Origin: Planctomycetales bacterium 4484_113
GTDB taxonomy: Bacteria > 4484-113
Assembly: GCA_002050035.1 (NCBI GenBank)
Contig: MVCR01000010.1
Location: 1 to 49,505 of the forward strand
Length of the DNA stretch: 49,505 nt
Direction: 5' to 3'
Each line of letters opens with the position of its first letter. The stretch's first letter is position 1. Made by a program: the position numbers and the translations under genes. The notes under the pieces were generated by a model. That model saw nothing but the letters and a program-made list of their open reading frames with translations. It was not told the origin of the DNA and did not search any database. Of the stretch, positions 1-8,574 are shown one piece after another.

Positions 1-596
1 AGCGCCACTTCCGCCCGCTTCCGCTCGGTAATATCCTCTCCGGAACTGAGAGTTCCGACGATGTTTCCCGCCGCATCGTAAAGCACTGCATTGTGCCAGG
101 CAATGAGTCGCTCTTCCCCGCTGCTCGTCACTACCGGATTCTCGAAGTACTCGAGCGGCTCGAGTTCCCCTCGCATCAGCTTCCGAAAAACCCGGCTAAC
201 AGCGTCGCGAGCACTCTCGGGAAGGAACTTCTCGAACCAGTTCTGTCCCAGAACCTCCTTCTCTTCGCACCCCAGCAGTGCACAGCCCTTTCGGTTTATG
301 AGGGTAACCTGCCCGTTGCGGTCTAGGACAATTACTATCACCTGCACTACATCCAAGTAGTTCCGTATGCGTTCATCTTGCTCGCGCAGCTCCTTGTCCG
401 CTCGCTTGATCCGTGCGAGCCAGGTTTCAAGCTGAGCAATGCGCTTGTGCGCTTGCTCAAGCTCAGAGGTGAGATCGTCTTTGGTCTTCTTCCGAGAGAG
501 CGACTCAAGTAATCTGGATTCAGAATGCAGAGAAGCAACTGGTCTGGCAGGGGCGCTTCCTCTGAGTCCATTCCGCGCCGCAAAGGTGCGCTTCAT
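1..596 (-). CDS. PAS-domain sensor protein, N-terminal portion (gene continues past the left window edge)
   Basis: Absent from the ORF track because no stop lies in the window. My reverse-strand translation from ATG 596-594 stays open to position 1. It reads MKRTFAARNGL..., then a coiled coil (ELEQAHKRIAQLETWLARIKRADKELREQDERIRNYL), then a PAS core VIVIVLDRNGQVTLINRKGCALLGCEEKEVLGQNWFEKFLPES...LIAWHNAVLYDAAGNIVGTLSSGEDITERKRAE. Confidence 0.8.
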   Translation of the reverse strand, partial: MKRTFAARNGLRGSAPARPVASLHSESRLLESLSRKKTKDDLTSELEQAHKRIAQLETWLARIKRADKELREQDERIRNYLDVVQVIVIVLDRNGQVTLINRKGCALLGCEEKEVLGQNWFEKFLPESARDAVSRVFRKLMRGELEPLEYFENPVVTSSGEERLIAWHNAVLYDAAGNIVGTLSSGEDITERKRAEVA

Positions 597-687
597 CTTG
601 GCATCTGGTGGTTTGGGGTCCTCGAATCATTGGCTCGTGCAGACCGTGTGTCCTTCACGTGACGCAATCCGCGCGGGAAGCACCCTA

Positions 688-762
688 TCGGGGTGGGCGG
701 ATTCGAACCGCCGACCTCCTGCTCCCAAAGCAGGCGCGCTAACCGGACTGCGCTACACCCCG
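688..762 (-). tRNA. tRNA-Pro (anticodon TGG)
   Basis: The reverse complement folds as a 75-nt cloverleaf: CGGGGTG-TA-GCGC-AGTCCGGTTA-GCGC-G-CCTGC-TTTGGGA-GCAGG-AGGTC-GGCGG-TTCGAAT-CCGCC-CACCCCG-A. The anticodon loop has U33, TGG and G37. The C1:G72 pair is typical of bacterial tRNA-Pro. CCA is not encoded. Confidence 0.93.
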
Positions 763-913
763 CGATTTCCATTATACAAGGTATGAGCAGAAGCGCCCGT
801 ATCCGTTGACGGCGTCGTCTGTCTTTGGCGTTTGAGCAGATGCACCGGGTGCCTGTTGTCTAGCGGCAAATCGTCAGATCTGCGGGCTCTCGCCCCGTGC
901 GCTCTGCAAGCCC

Positions 914-942
914 TTGCGCGTGGAGGACATTTGCCCTAGAAT
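914..942 (+). promoter_or_regulatory. Putative sigma-70 promoter of pepP-efp
   Basis: TTGCGC (914-919), 17-nt spacer, TAGAAT (937-942), 38 nt upstream of the pepP ATG. Confidence 0.5.
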
Positions 943-980
943 AGAAGATGCAGTAAGGAGTCTGTCTGTCCGCATCAACT

Positions 981-2063
981 ATGAATTACCAATCAAGAAT
1001 CGATGCCCTGCGTCATACGCTCGCTTCGCTGCACCTCGATGCTCTGCTGGTAAGCTACCTTCCAAACATCTTCTACCTCTCCGGTTTCACTGGCACAACC
1101 GCGTGGATTCTCGTAGGGAAGAAGCAGCTCCTGTTTCTTACCGACTCTCGTTATCACGAGCGATTTCGGGAGGAGGTGTTCCCTGAGTATGAGCTCGTCG
1201 ACTTCTACCAGGAGTCGGTGGGTGCCAAGCTCTCCGAGGTGGCAAAGCGATTTGGCTGGCGCAGAGTCGGCTTCGAGGCGCAGCATCTGTCCTACGCCGA
1301 GGCGGAGGAGATGAGGCAACAGGCGGCGGAGTGTGAACTCTCTCCGCGGAGCGGTATCATCGAGAGTATGCGCCTATGCAAAGACGAAGAGGAGATCACG
1401 CGTATCCGGGAAGCCATTCGGATCAAGGAAGAGGTTTTTCAGGAGTTGATGGGCGCACTGACCACTGGAGTTACCGAAGCCGATATGGCAGCGGAATTTG
1501 AATACCGCATTCGCAAGCGCGGGGTACAGGCAGCGAGCTTCTCGCCCATTATCGCCTTCGGCCCCAACTCCGCGAAGCCACATGCCGGATTCTCGGAGCA
1601 GGAGCTTATTCCCGGGGTGCCGCTGACATTCGATCTCGGGGTCGTATACGAAGGCTACTGTAGCGATATGACGAGGACGGTTTTCTACGGTGGCGCCTCC
1701 CCGGGATGGGAAGAAATCTACGGTATTGTGCGGAACGCGAAGGAATCTGCTGCGGCTGCGGCGGCGCCGGGGGTTGCCTGTGCTGAGGTCGACCGTGTGG
1801 CTCGCGACCTTATAACCGCAGAAGGTTACGGGTCGAACTTCGGACACGGTCTGGGGCATGGAGTAGGGGTTGAGGTGCACGAGCAGCCGCGGGTGAACAG
1901 TCGCAGCAAGGAAGTTCTGCAACCGGGGATGGTCTTTACCATCGAGCCGGGCATCTACGTGCCGGGGCAGGGAGGCATCCGCATCGAAGATATGTACCTC
2001 GTCACCGAGCGTCGCGTTGAGCGGCTGAATGCTCTGGGCACCGATGTCGTTGTCATTAAGTAG
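981..2063 (+). CDS. pepP: Xaa-Pro aminopeptidase / dipeptidase, M24B family
   Basis: 360-aa ORF. It has a creatinase-like N-domain (IFYLSGFTG) and pita-bread metal-site motifs (FDLGVVYEGYCSDMTRT, HGLGHGVGVEVHEQP, GIRIEDMYLV). It lies directly upstream of efp, as the Xaa-Pro aminopeptidase gene does in Bacillus. Confidence 0.88.
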   Translation: MNYQSRIDALRHTLASLHLDALLVSYLPNIFYLSGFTGTTAWILVGKKQLLFLTDSRYHERFREEVFPEYELVDFYQESVGAKLSEVAKRFGWRRVGFEAQHLSYAEAEEMRQQAAECELSPRSGIIESMRLCKDEEEITRIREAIRIKEEVFQELMGALTTGVTEADMAAEFEYRIRKRGVQAASFSPIIAFGPNSAKPHAGFSEQELIPGVPLTFDLGVVYEGYCSDMTRTVFYGGASPGWEEIYGIVRNAKESAAAAAAPGVACAEVDRVARDLITAEGYGSNFGHGLGHGVGVEVHEQPRVNSRSKEVLQPGMVFTIEPGIYVPGQGGIRIEDMYLVTERRVERLNALGTDVVVIK

Positions 2064-2076
2064 TATGTGAGAGGAT

Positions 2077-2640
2077 ATGATCACGCCCAATGATTTCCGG
2101 AACGGAACCACCTTCTCCCGGGGGGGAGTGCTCTACATGGTTCTGGGATTTCAACATGTGAAGCCCGGCAAGGGGCCAGCCTTTGTGCGAGCGAAGATCC
2201 AGAATCTCCGCACCAGAGCTATCACGGAAGAGACCTTCCGCACTGAGGAAAAGCTACAGGAGGTGCGTATCGAGCGGCGGGAGATGAGTTATCTCTACCC
2301 TGAAGGCGATACGCTCGTGCTAATGGACAACGAGACTTTCGAGCAGACTCCCGTTTCACGAGATCTGTTCGGGCGCTTAGTGGATCTGTTGCGAGAGAAC
2401 CAGACGGTCTTTGTGGATGTGCACGAAGACGAAGTACTTGCGGTGAGTCTACCGCCGGCGGTAGTGCTGGAAGTCGCGGAGACCGAACCAGGTGTGAAGG
2501 GCGATACCGCGACCGCAGCGACCAAGCCGGCGAAACTCGAGACCGGTGCAACCATTCAGGTGCCGCTGTTCGTGAATCAGGGCGATCGCGTAAAGGTGGA
2601 CACCCGGAATTTCACCTATATCGAGAGGGAGAAGGGCTAG
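2077..2640 (+). CDS. efp: Translation elongation factor P
   Basis: 187 aa. N-terminus MITPNDFRNGTTF...FQHVKPGKGPAFVRAKIQNL carries the conserved KPGKG loop. Three-domain length is typical. A purine-rich GAGAGGA sits just upstream of the ATG. Confidence 0.95.
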   Translation: MITPNDFRNGTTFSRGGVLYMVLGFQHVKPGKGPAFVRAKIQNLRTRAITEETFRTEEKLQEVRIERREMSYLYPEGDTLVLMDNETFEQTPVSRDLFGRLVDLLRENQTVFVDVHEDEVLAVSLPPAVVLEVAETEPGVKGDTATAATKPAKLETGATIQVPLFVNQGDRVKVDTRNFTYIEREKG

Positions 2641-2718
2641 AGGGCTCGTTTGTTTGATTTCCCCAGTTTGGGGTAAAATAGGACGACTGAAACATAAACA
2701 ATACTGGGGAGTAGGACG

Positions 2719-4656
2719 ATGAAACGCATCCTTATGTTATTGATTGCAGTGGCTCTGATGGGCCTGGCTTTCGCGTGCGGGGGAGGGGGCGGTGGTTCTA
2801 CGCCCTCGCCGACTCAGACGCCGACGCCAACGGAAACGCCAGGCGAGCCGGGCAACCCGGTCTTCTCTGTAGTTCTCACAGCCAATCCTGACCAGGGGCC
2901 AGCGCCTCTGCTCGTGAATTTCTCAGCATATGCCTACGGTGGCGCAGCCCCATACACCTACGAGTGGGACTTCAATGCAGATGGAGTGTTCGAATCGAAT
3001 ATGGTTAACCCCTATTATCGTTTCGATTCGAGCGCAGTGGTGAAACTGCAGGTTACCGATGCTAACGGGGATGTGGTCACGGCGACACGCTCCATTACGA
3101 TTACAGCAGGCGGCGAGCCCTCGTACGGCGTGGCGCCGCTGGAGGTGAAATACACTGTTTCGGCGACCTCCGGTACGGCTCCGCTTACGGTTGAATTCGA
3201 GGCAATCGCTACGGGTGGAAGGCCGCCCTACAGCTATTCCTGGGATTTCGAGGGCGATGGTATCCCGGACAGCTTCAGCCAACATGTCATCTACACTTAC
3301 AGTTCCCCGGGACCCAATCCTGATCCCACTGGGCATCCAGGCGAGCATTACTACTCGCCTTCGCTAACGGTCAGTGATAACCGGGGTGTTCAAGTTTCCA
3401 CTCTGGATGACCGGGATGGCGATGGCGAAGCCGACTGGATAGTCAAAGTGAACGTTACACCTCCTTCAGCTCTTTCGCCATATATCCGGGCGAATCCTCC
3501 GACCGGGCAGGCGCCGCTTTCCGTTGAATTTATGGGTGGCGCTTCCGGTGGAGAACCGCCCTACGAGTTCAAGTGGGATTTCGGTGATAGCGAAGTTACC
3601 GACTGGAGTCCGAACGCCGTGATCGACCACATCTATCTGGATGCCGGCACCTATCTGGTGCGGCTGACGGTGAAAGATGCTCAGGAGACGACGGACACTA
3701 GCGGTCCAGTAATGGTGACGGTCTCAACGGAGCCCACCTTCAACGTGCGCATAGAGGCCGACGTGACCGAAGGGCCGGTTCCGTTGAATGTTCAGATGAC
3801 GGCGTTCACGGAGGGCGGCAAGCAGCCGGTTTCGTACAACTGGCAGGTGTTCACTGACATATACCCCCAGGGGTCCGAGCCGATGATTGTGGATCCGCCG
3901 GCGGTACCAGCTCCTCTGCTCGACAGCAATGCAGTTGTCGTGCCTTCAACCACTTCCGAAACGAATCCGGTGATTACCTTTGCCACCTACGTCGGTGAGC
4001 AGGTGCAAGTGAACAGGATGGGTACGGCAAGCACGGTTGCCATTCCCAATCCCTATGTGGTGCGTCTGATCGCAACTGATGCTAACGGTGTGCAGGCGTT
4101 CAGCAACCTGATCCGAATTTCGCCTCAGGCTCCGCAGCCTGCGAGCCTTTATTCGGCCTTCCGCTATCCCAAGGCTGCCGACTCCGTATTCAGCCCTGGC
4201 ACCAGCAGCGCCTTTACCGCACGCTCCAACTCCGCGGTGGCGGTGCATCCAAGCGGCATGGTTTTCCTCTTCGGAGGGGAAAAGGTGAACTCGGCAGGAG
4301 AGTTCGAAGGCTTGGTCAACCAGCTCGATGCTGCATGGGCGCTCAATATCAGTGGAACTGACCGTTCTTCAGCTCTTTCCGACAGATGGAGCTTCCCCAG
4401 CGGTGGCTGGACGCAGCTCAATACGCTGCAGGGACCACCCTATCCGTTTGACGCTGCGGGCAATCCAACGGTGGCCAATCCGCCTTCGTCATGTATGTCG
4501 TGCCCCAGCGAGCAGCCGTGTCCCCGCTGCGACCACAGGATGGGGAACGATATCCAGCGCTCCGAGCCGTTTGTTAACCGCGGTTCGGCGGCTGGCACCT
4601 TGATTCATGAACCGTGGGACGGCAATCCTGGCGGCTACGGCGCCCCTCCTGGGTGA
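2719..4656 (+). CDS. Surface lipoprotein with multiple PKD repeats and the first Kelch blade; probably the 5' part of a gene interrupted by an in-frame TGA
   Basis: Signal peptide plus Cys (MKRILMLLIAVALMGLAFAC) followed by a G/S/T/P linker. Repeated PKD signatures are present (PYTYEWDFNADG, PYSYSWDFEGDG, PYEFKWDFGDSE). The C-terminus starts a Kelch-type blade (MVFLFGGEKVN). It ends at TGA 4654-4656, in frame with the next ORF. Confidence 0.8.
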   Translation: MKRILMLLIAVALMGLAFACGGGGGGSTPSPTQTPTPTETPGEPGNPVFSVVLTANPDQGPAPLLVNFSAYAYGGAAPYTYEWDFNADGVFESNMVNPYYRFDSSAVVKLQVTDANGDVVTATRSITITAGGEPSYGVAPLEVKYTVSATSGTAPLTVEFEAIATGGRPPYSYSWDFEGDGIPDSFSQHVIYTYSSPGPNPDPTGHPGEHYYSPSLTVSDNRGVQVSTLDDRDGDGEADWIVKVNVTPPSALSPYIRANPPTGQAPLSVEFMGGASGGEPPYEFKWDFGDSEVTDWSPNAVIDHIYLDAGTYLVRLTVKDAQETTDTSGPVMVTVSTEPTFNVRIEADVTEGPVPLNVQMTAFTEGGKQPVSYNWQVFTDIYPQGSEPMIVDPPAVPAPLLDSNAVVVPSTTSETNPVITFATYVGEQVQVNRMGTASTVAIPNPYVVRLIATDANGVQAFSNLIRISPQAPQPASLYSAFRYPKAADSVFSPGTSSAFTARSNSAVAVHPSGMVFLFGGEKVNSAGEFEGLVNQLDAAWALNISGTDRSSALSDRWSFPSGGWTQLNTLQGPPYPFDAAGNPTVANPPSSCMSCPSEQPCPRCDHRMGNDIQRSEPFVNRGSAAGTLIHEPWDGNPGGYGAPPG

Positions 4657-4707
4657 ACTGTCGGTTACCCTGATTGTCCCCCGGGTTGGGGATTAGGAAC
4701 GCCAGCA

Positions 4708-5712
4708 ATGGGAGCTCTCGGTGTGCCGGTGATCTACGTGTTCGGCGGTCGCGACGAGAACGGAAACGCGCTTGACGTGGTGCAGAAGTACTATCCGCCG
4801 ACCTTCGGCACTGAGGACGTCTATCCGGTTTGGGATATACCCCAGTACTCTGGGCAAATCGTCAACAACCAGACCGATATCTGGACCAGCTACTTCGCGT
4901 TCCATGACCGCGATATGTGCCCGCAGAGAGGTCAGTGTCCGAATCCACCGATGGTTCCGGATCGTCCGAAGGGTCAGCGACCGGCGATTCCGCTGAACCC
5001 GCTTCCAGAGCCCTTGTACGGAGCGCAAGCGGTTACCGTTGAAACCAACGGCAACGTTGTGCCGCCGACCTGGCCTCAGGGGCCCTACAACTACATCTTC
5101 ATTCTCGGTGGTATCAACGCAGATGGTGCAGTTGTTCCGACGATGCGGTGGTTCAACACCGCGGTGGAGCCGCAGCAAAGGCAGGGCGGCGGTCAGGAGC
5201 TTGCGCAGGGCGACTACTCGCCCGTCGTGGATATGCCCGTTGAGCGTGCGTATTTCAAAGCATTCGTGATTCCACCCAGACAGTCCATCGATCGCAAGTG
5301 GCAGATAGTGGTCTTTGGTGGTTTTGACCAGAGCGGTAACTACGTGGCTCAGGTCGACCGCTACAACTTCACCGATACGAATAATCCGGTAATGGGCTAC
5401 TGGGAGACCATCGGTTCGGTACCCGAACCTGCGGCTGGATTAGGGGCAGGCTGGGAAGATAACGCCACGCGTGGTATTATCTTGCACCAGATGTCGGGAC
5501 GGACCGTAGAAGGTGTTACCGGGAGCGTCTTCGATCTGCTGGAAGACGGACCCGTTTCCTACGCACCGGTCAGCCTGATTCCGCGTGGCTGGATCGAAGC
5601 TACGCACGTGACAAATCCAGGATTGATGGGTCCTGGAGCACCCGACTACTATCTCATTAGTGGTATCACAGAGCAAGGACCTACCACAATCGTGGAGCAC
5701 TATCGTCCGTAG
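4708..5712 (+). CDS. Kelch-repeat beta-propeller protein; probably the 3' part of the preceding gene
   Basis: Repeated Kelch-like strands are present (VIYVFGGRDENGN, YIFILGGINADG, QIVVFGGFDQSGN). It has no signal peptide of its own. It shares its frame with 2719-4656, and the 51-nt gap contains no stop other than the TGA. Confidence 0.7.
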   Translation: MGALGVPVIYVFGGRDENGNALDVVQKYYPPTFGTEDVYPVWDIPQYSGQIVNNQTDIWTSYFAFHDRDMCPQRGQCPNPPMVPDRPKGQRPAIPLNPLPEPLYGAQAVTVETNGNVVPPTWPQGPYNYIFILGGINADGAVVPTMRWFNTAVEPQQRQGGGQELAQGDYSPVVDMPVERAYFKAFVIPPRQSIDRKWQIVVFGGFDQSGNYVAQVDRYNFTDTNNPVMGYWETIGSVPEPAAGLGAGWEDNATRGIILHQMSGRTVEGVTGSVFDLLEDGPVSYAPVSLIPRGWIEATHVTNPGLMGPGAPDYYLISGITEQGPTTIVEHYRP

Positions 5713-5750
5713 AACTGTCACTAACAGCTGTTTGAGGAGGACTTAGACCG

Positions 5751-8432
5751 ATGAGGACATTGAACTCGTTGCTGGGCATCGTGGCGACCATAGTTCTGAT
5801 GACGGCATGCGGAGGCGGAGATGACACTACAGTGCCACCTCCGCCTGCTGGCGCTGTTGGCGGCGAAGTGCTGATCTCATCCTTCGTCGCCTCGCCATTG
5901 TCTGGCCCCAGTCCGCTCGGAGTCAACTTCAGTGTGACCGTGGCCGGAGGTAAGCTTCCGATGACCTACCTCTGGGATTTCAATAACGACGGTTCCTACG
6001 ACTACGCGATCAACAGTATCGGATCTCGTACTGCCCAGGCGTATCATCAGTTTTTTCTGCGATCGGAAGATGTCACTGAAGGTATCTCTACCTACGAGGC
6101 CGTGGTGAAGGTAGTTGACGACGATAACGTGGTGAAGGTCAGCGACCCGCGCACGATCACCGTGACCGGGGAGAATCCTTTCCAGCTAGATGTGCGTGTC
6201 GTTTCAGACTACATAACCAATATCAGCGATTCCGGTGCCGAGTACGGCTATCTCTCAGGTAAGCCTGTGTACTTCCGCGTGGACGTAATACCTATGGGCG
6301 CGGATTCGGGACCTTACACGTTCGCGTGGGACTTCGATGGTGATGGCACGACTGATTCAACCCTGCAGAACGCGCAATACACCTTCACCTTGGTGGGGGA
6401 TGAGGAGACCATGGAGTTCCGCCCGCATCTTCTTGTGACCGATGCGAACGGCATACGGGTTTCTTGGGAACCTCCGGCAACGGTGACCTACACGGTCACG
6501 CGTGATATCCCGCTACCCGTGGAACCGGGCGTGCCCGAGCTTATCGTCAACACCTCGCCACCGACCCACAGCGGCGACGTCATATACGTGTACTACGACA
6601 CAACGAGTGAGAATGCGGAGGAGCGCGAGCCGCATCTCAGTGCCAGTGCAACGGTGGACGTTGCCCATCCGGGGGTTCCACCGTACGAGTATGATTGGGA
6701 TTTCACTACTGACGGCGTAGTTGATCGTCGCACGCCGGCTGTTGCGGTTCCGTATTTCGATCCTGACCTTGATGTGGTGGTCAACCCGTATCGTCTTCCC
6801 ACCGGTCAAGCCAACGGCACCTTCACGCTCTCCCTTCACTTCAAGGACGCTGCAGGGAATAAGATCGATCGTGTGTGGAAGGTCGAAGTCGTGGATCGGG
6901 CTTATGTTCACGTGATCAACCCGCTGGACGTAACAGTCTATGTAGACCTTGACGGCAACGAGACCTTCGACACTACCTCCGGGACGCCTCTGGATGCGCA
7001 GCAGTACAGAACCGTGAACGCGGAATCGGCTAACGATAGTGAGGGGCTCATCGTAAAGGTGCGCGCTACGGCTACTGGCTCTACCAACAAGTACAACTTC
7101 CAGCTGGATATTCTGGGAAACGGGGTCTGGGCGGAGGACAGTGACGGCGACCTGATACTGGATTGGGATCCTCTGCACAGCGGAACCAGAACGCCGGTTG
7201 ACCTTGATCCAGATGACGAGTCGGATCAGGATGCAACGGTCGAGCTTGGCAGCGTAGCCGGCATTGAGAACAATCAGGTTACCTACACCATTCACTTTCC
7301 CGGCACACGGTTGCCCGGCTTCTTCGGAATGCAGCTCCGGACGGCAGCCATGGAGGGTGGTCTGGAGAAGGGGACACTGATCAAGCAGATCCCCATCTCC
7401 CTGGTAGTCATAAACCCCCGGGATTTCACTGACGGCAGTGACGAGCCAATTCCAAGAGTTGATTTCGGAATGGTGGGCGTGGGAGTTGCCGGCAACGACC
7501 GGTATGCCTTCATTGCTGGTGGTATGGATGGGAATCTCGCGCTGCGCGATGTCCAAATGATTACACAGCCCTACAACGTTGATGATGGCATATACGATGT
7601 GGAGTACGAGCTTACAAACCTGCCACCAATGATGGTGGCTCGCGGTCAGTTCGGGTTGGGCGCGACCACTCTATCCGCCGATACTATCTACGCGCTGGGT
7701 GGCTACAACAACACTGACAAGACGCTCTCGATCATCGAGTCCTATGGTGGCGGGCATCCGTGGCAGGGCGAAGGTACTATTCGCAACAACGACACCAGGA
7801 TGCGCTACTTCAGTCTGGCCTCCGGTGTATCCTACGGTGGAACACCGGTGATAATGCTTTCGGGCGGTCTTGTTGGAAACCCAGACCGTGAAACCGTGTC
7901 CAGCACTGTGTGGAGATACACCCCCCCCAACGGCTGGGCCAGCCTCTACTCACCGATGCCGACTCCTCGCTATGACTGCGCATCTGTGATTGCCACAATG
8001 GGCAATTACATCTACCTCTATGTGATCGGAGGTCGTAGCATCGAGGGTTCAAGCCTGCGGACTGTCGAGCGGCTGAATCTGAACACCGGCGGCTGGGAGG
8101 CGCTTCCGGATATGCACGCGCCGCGAGCTGGTACCGGTGCGGTCGTCATCAACGGTCGCATCTACGTCTTTGGCGGTGAGGTGTATCCTGCTGGTGGAGC
8201 CGGTGTGCCCACCCTGGTGGCTTCGACCGAAGTTTACAACCCGGTGCGTGGAATCTGGAGTTACTCGGTCCCTGCTGTCACCGGTGCAGGAGTGGCTCGG
8301 TTCGGCATCTGCTCCTTCCCCAGCTGGGCTGGCAGTCCTCCTGATACGGTGTGGATTTACGGCGGAAGAACGGAAACTGGCGTTAGCACGCAGCTCGTGG
8401 AGCTGTTCTACGAGGACCAGAAGAACCTCTGA
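5751..8432 (+). CDS. Surface lipoprotein, PKD repeats + C-terminal Kelch beta-propeller
   Basis: GAGGAGG Shine-Dalgarno. Lipoprotein signal MRTLNSLLGIVATIVLMTAC. PKD signatures MTYLWDFNNDG, YTFAWDFDGDG, YEYDWDFTTDG. Kelch blades FIAGGMDGN, IYALGGYNNTD, YVIGGRSIEGSS, IYVFGGEV, WIYGGRTETG. Confidence 0.85.
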   Translation: MRTLNSLLGIVATIVLMTACGGGDDTTVPPPPAGAVGGEVLISSFVASPLSGPSPLGVNFSVTVAGGKLPMTYLWDFNNDGSYDYAINSIGSRTAQAYHQFFLRSEDVTEGISTYEAVVKVVDDDNVVKVSDPRTITVTGENPFQLDVRVVSDYITNISDSGAEYGYLSGKPVYFRVDVIPMGADSGPYTFAWDFDGDGTTDSTLQNAQYTFTLVGDEETMEFRPHLLVTDANGIRVSWEPPATVTYTVTRDIPLPVEPGVPELIVNTSPPTHSGDVIYVYYDTTSENAEEREPHLSASATVDVAHPGVPPYEYDWDFTTDGVVDRRTPAVAVPYFDPDLDVVVNPYRLPTGQANGTFTLSLHFKDAAGNKIDRVWKVEVVDRAYVHVINPLDVTVYVDLDGNETFDTTSGTPLDAQQYRTVNAESANDSEGLIVKVRATATGSTNKYNFQLDILGNGVWAEDSDGDLILDWDPLHSGTRTPVDLDPDDESDQDATVELGSVAGIENNQVTYTIHFPGTRLPGFFGMQLRTAAMEGGLEKGTLIKQIPISLVVINPRDFTDGSDEPIPRVDFGMVGVGVAGNDRYAFIAGGMDGNLALRDVQMITQPYNVDDGIYDVEYELTNLPPMMVARGQFGLGATTLSADTIYALGGYNNTDKTLSIIESYGGGHPWQGEGTIRNNDTRMRYFSLASGVSYGGTPVIMLSGGLVGNPDRETVSSTVWRYTPPNGWASLYSPMPTPRYDCASVIATMGNYIYLYVIGGRSIEGSSLRTVERLNLNTGGWEALPDMHAPRAGTGAVVINGRIYVFGGEVYPAGGAGVPTLVASTEVYNPVRGIWSYSVPAVTGAGVARFGICSFPSWAGSPPDTVWIYGGRTETGVSTQLVELFYEDQKNL

Positions 8433-8484
8433 GCTTAGCCCTGAACGGTAAGCACAGGGTCAAGCGGACTGAGGTAGAGATGTG

Positions 8485-8515
8485 CTGGCTGGTGTGGTTG
8501 TCTGGCTGGCGTGGT
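8485..8515. repeat. Imperfect tandem direct repeat in a convergent intergenic gap
   Basis: CTGGCTGGTGTGGT (8485-8498) and CTGGCTGGCGTGGT (8502-8515) match at 13 of 14 positions with a 17-nt period. Confidence 0.5.
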
Positions 8516-8574
8516 GCCTTGGACGGAGCAGCAGGAGCAGGTGAAAGCTGCGTCGTGCGGGCTGATCCCTCGGG

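Noticed and set aside
596-980. tRNA-Pro as an integration hotspot or genomic-island border
   Set aside because: There is no integrase, no direct repeat of the tRNA 3' end and no compositional break nearby. The flanks are a PAS sensor gene and pepP-efp.
1374-2111. 245-aa minus-strand ORF antisense to pepP
   Set aside because: It is fully embedded opposite a gene with clear M24 peptidase motifs. The sequence is Arg/Pro/Ser-rich and low in complexity, typical of shadow ORFs in GC-rich DNA.
4654-4656. Genome-wide reassignment of TGA (code 4/25) as the explanation for the in-frame stop
   Set aside because: Many well-defined genes here end at TGA at the expected length and with translational coupling. 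Examples are the Hsp70 gene, korD, korA, korB, the PspC gene and the ATGA junctions. The GC-rich composition is also unlike known TGA-recoding lineages.
6513-7556. 347-aa minus-strand ORF antisense to the PKD-Kelch gene
   Set aside because: It is a shadow ORF. I recognise no motif, and the sense strand carries repeated PKD and Kelch signatures.
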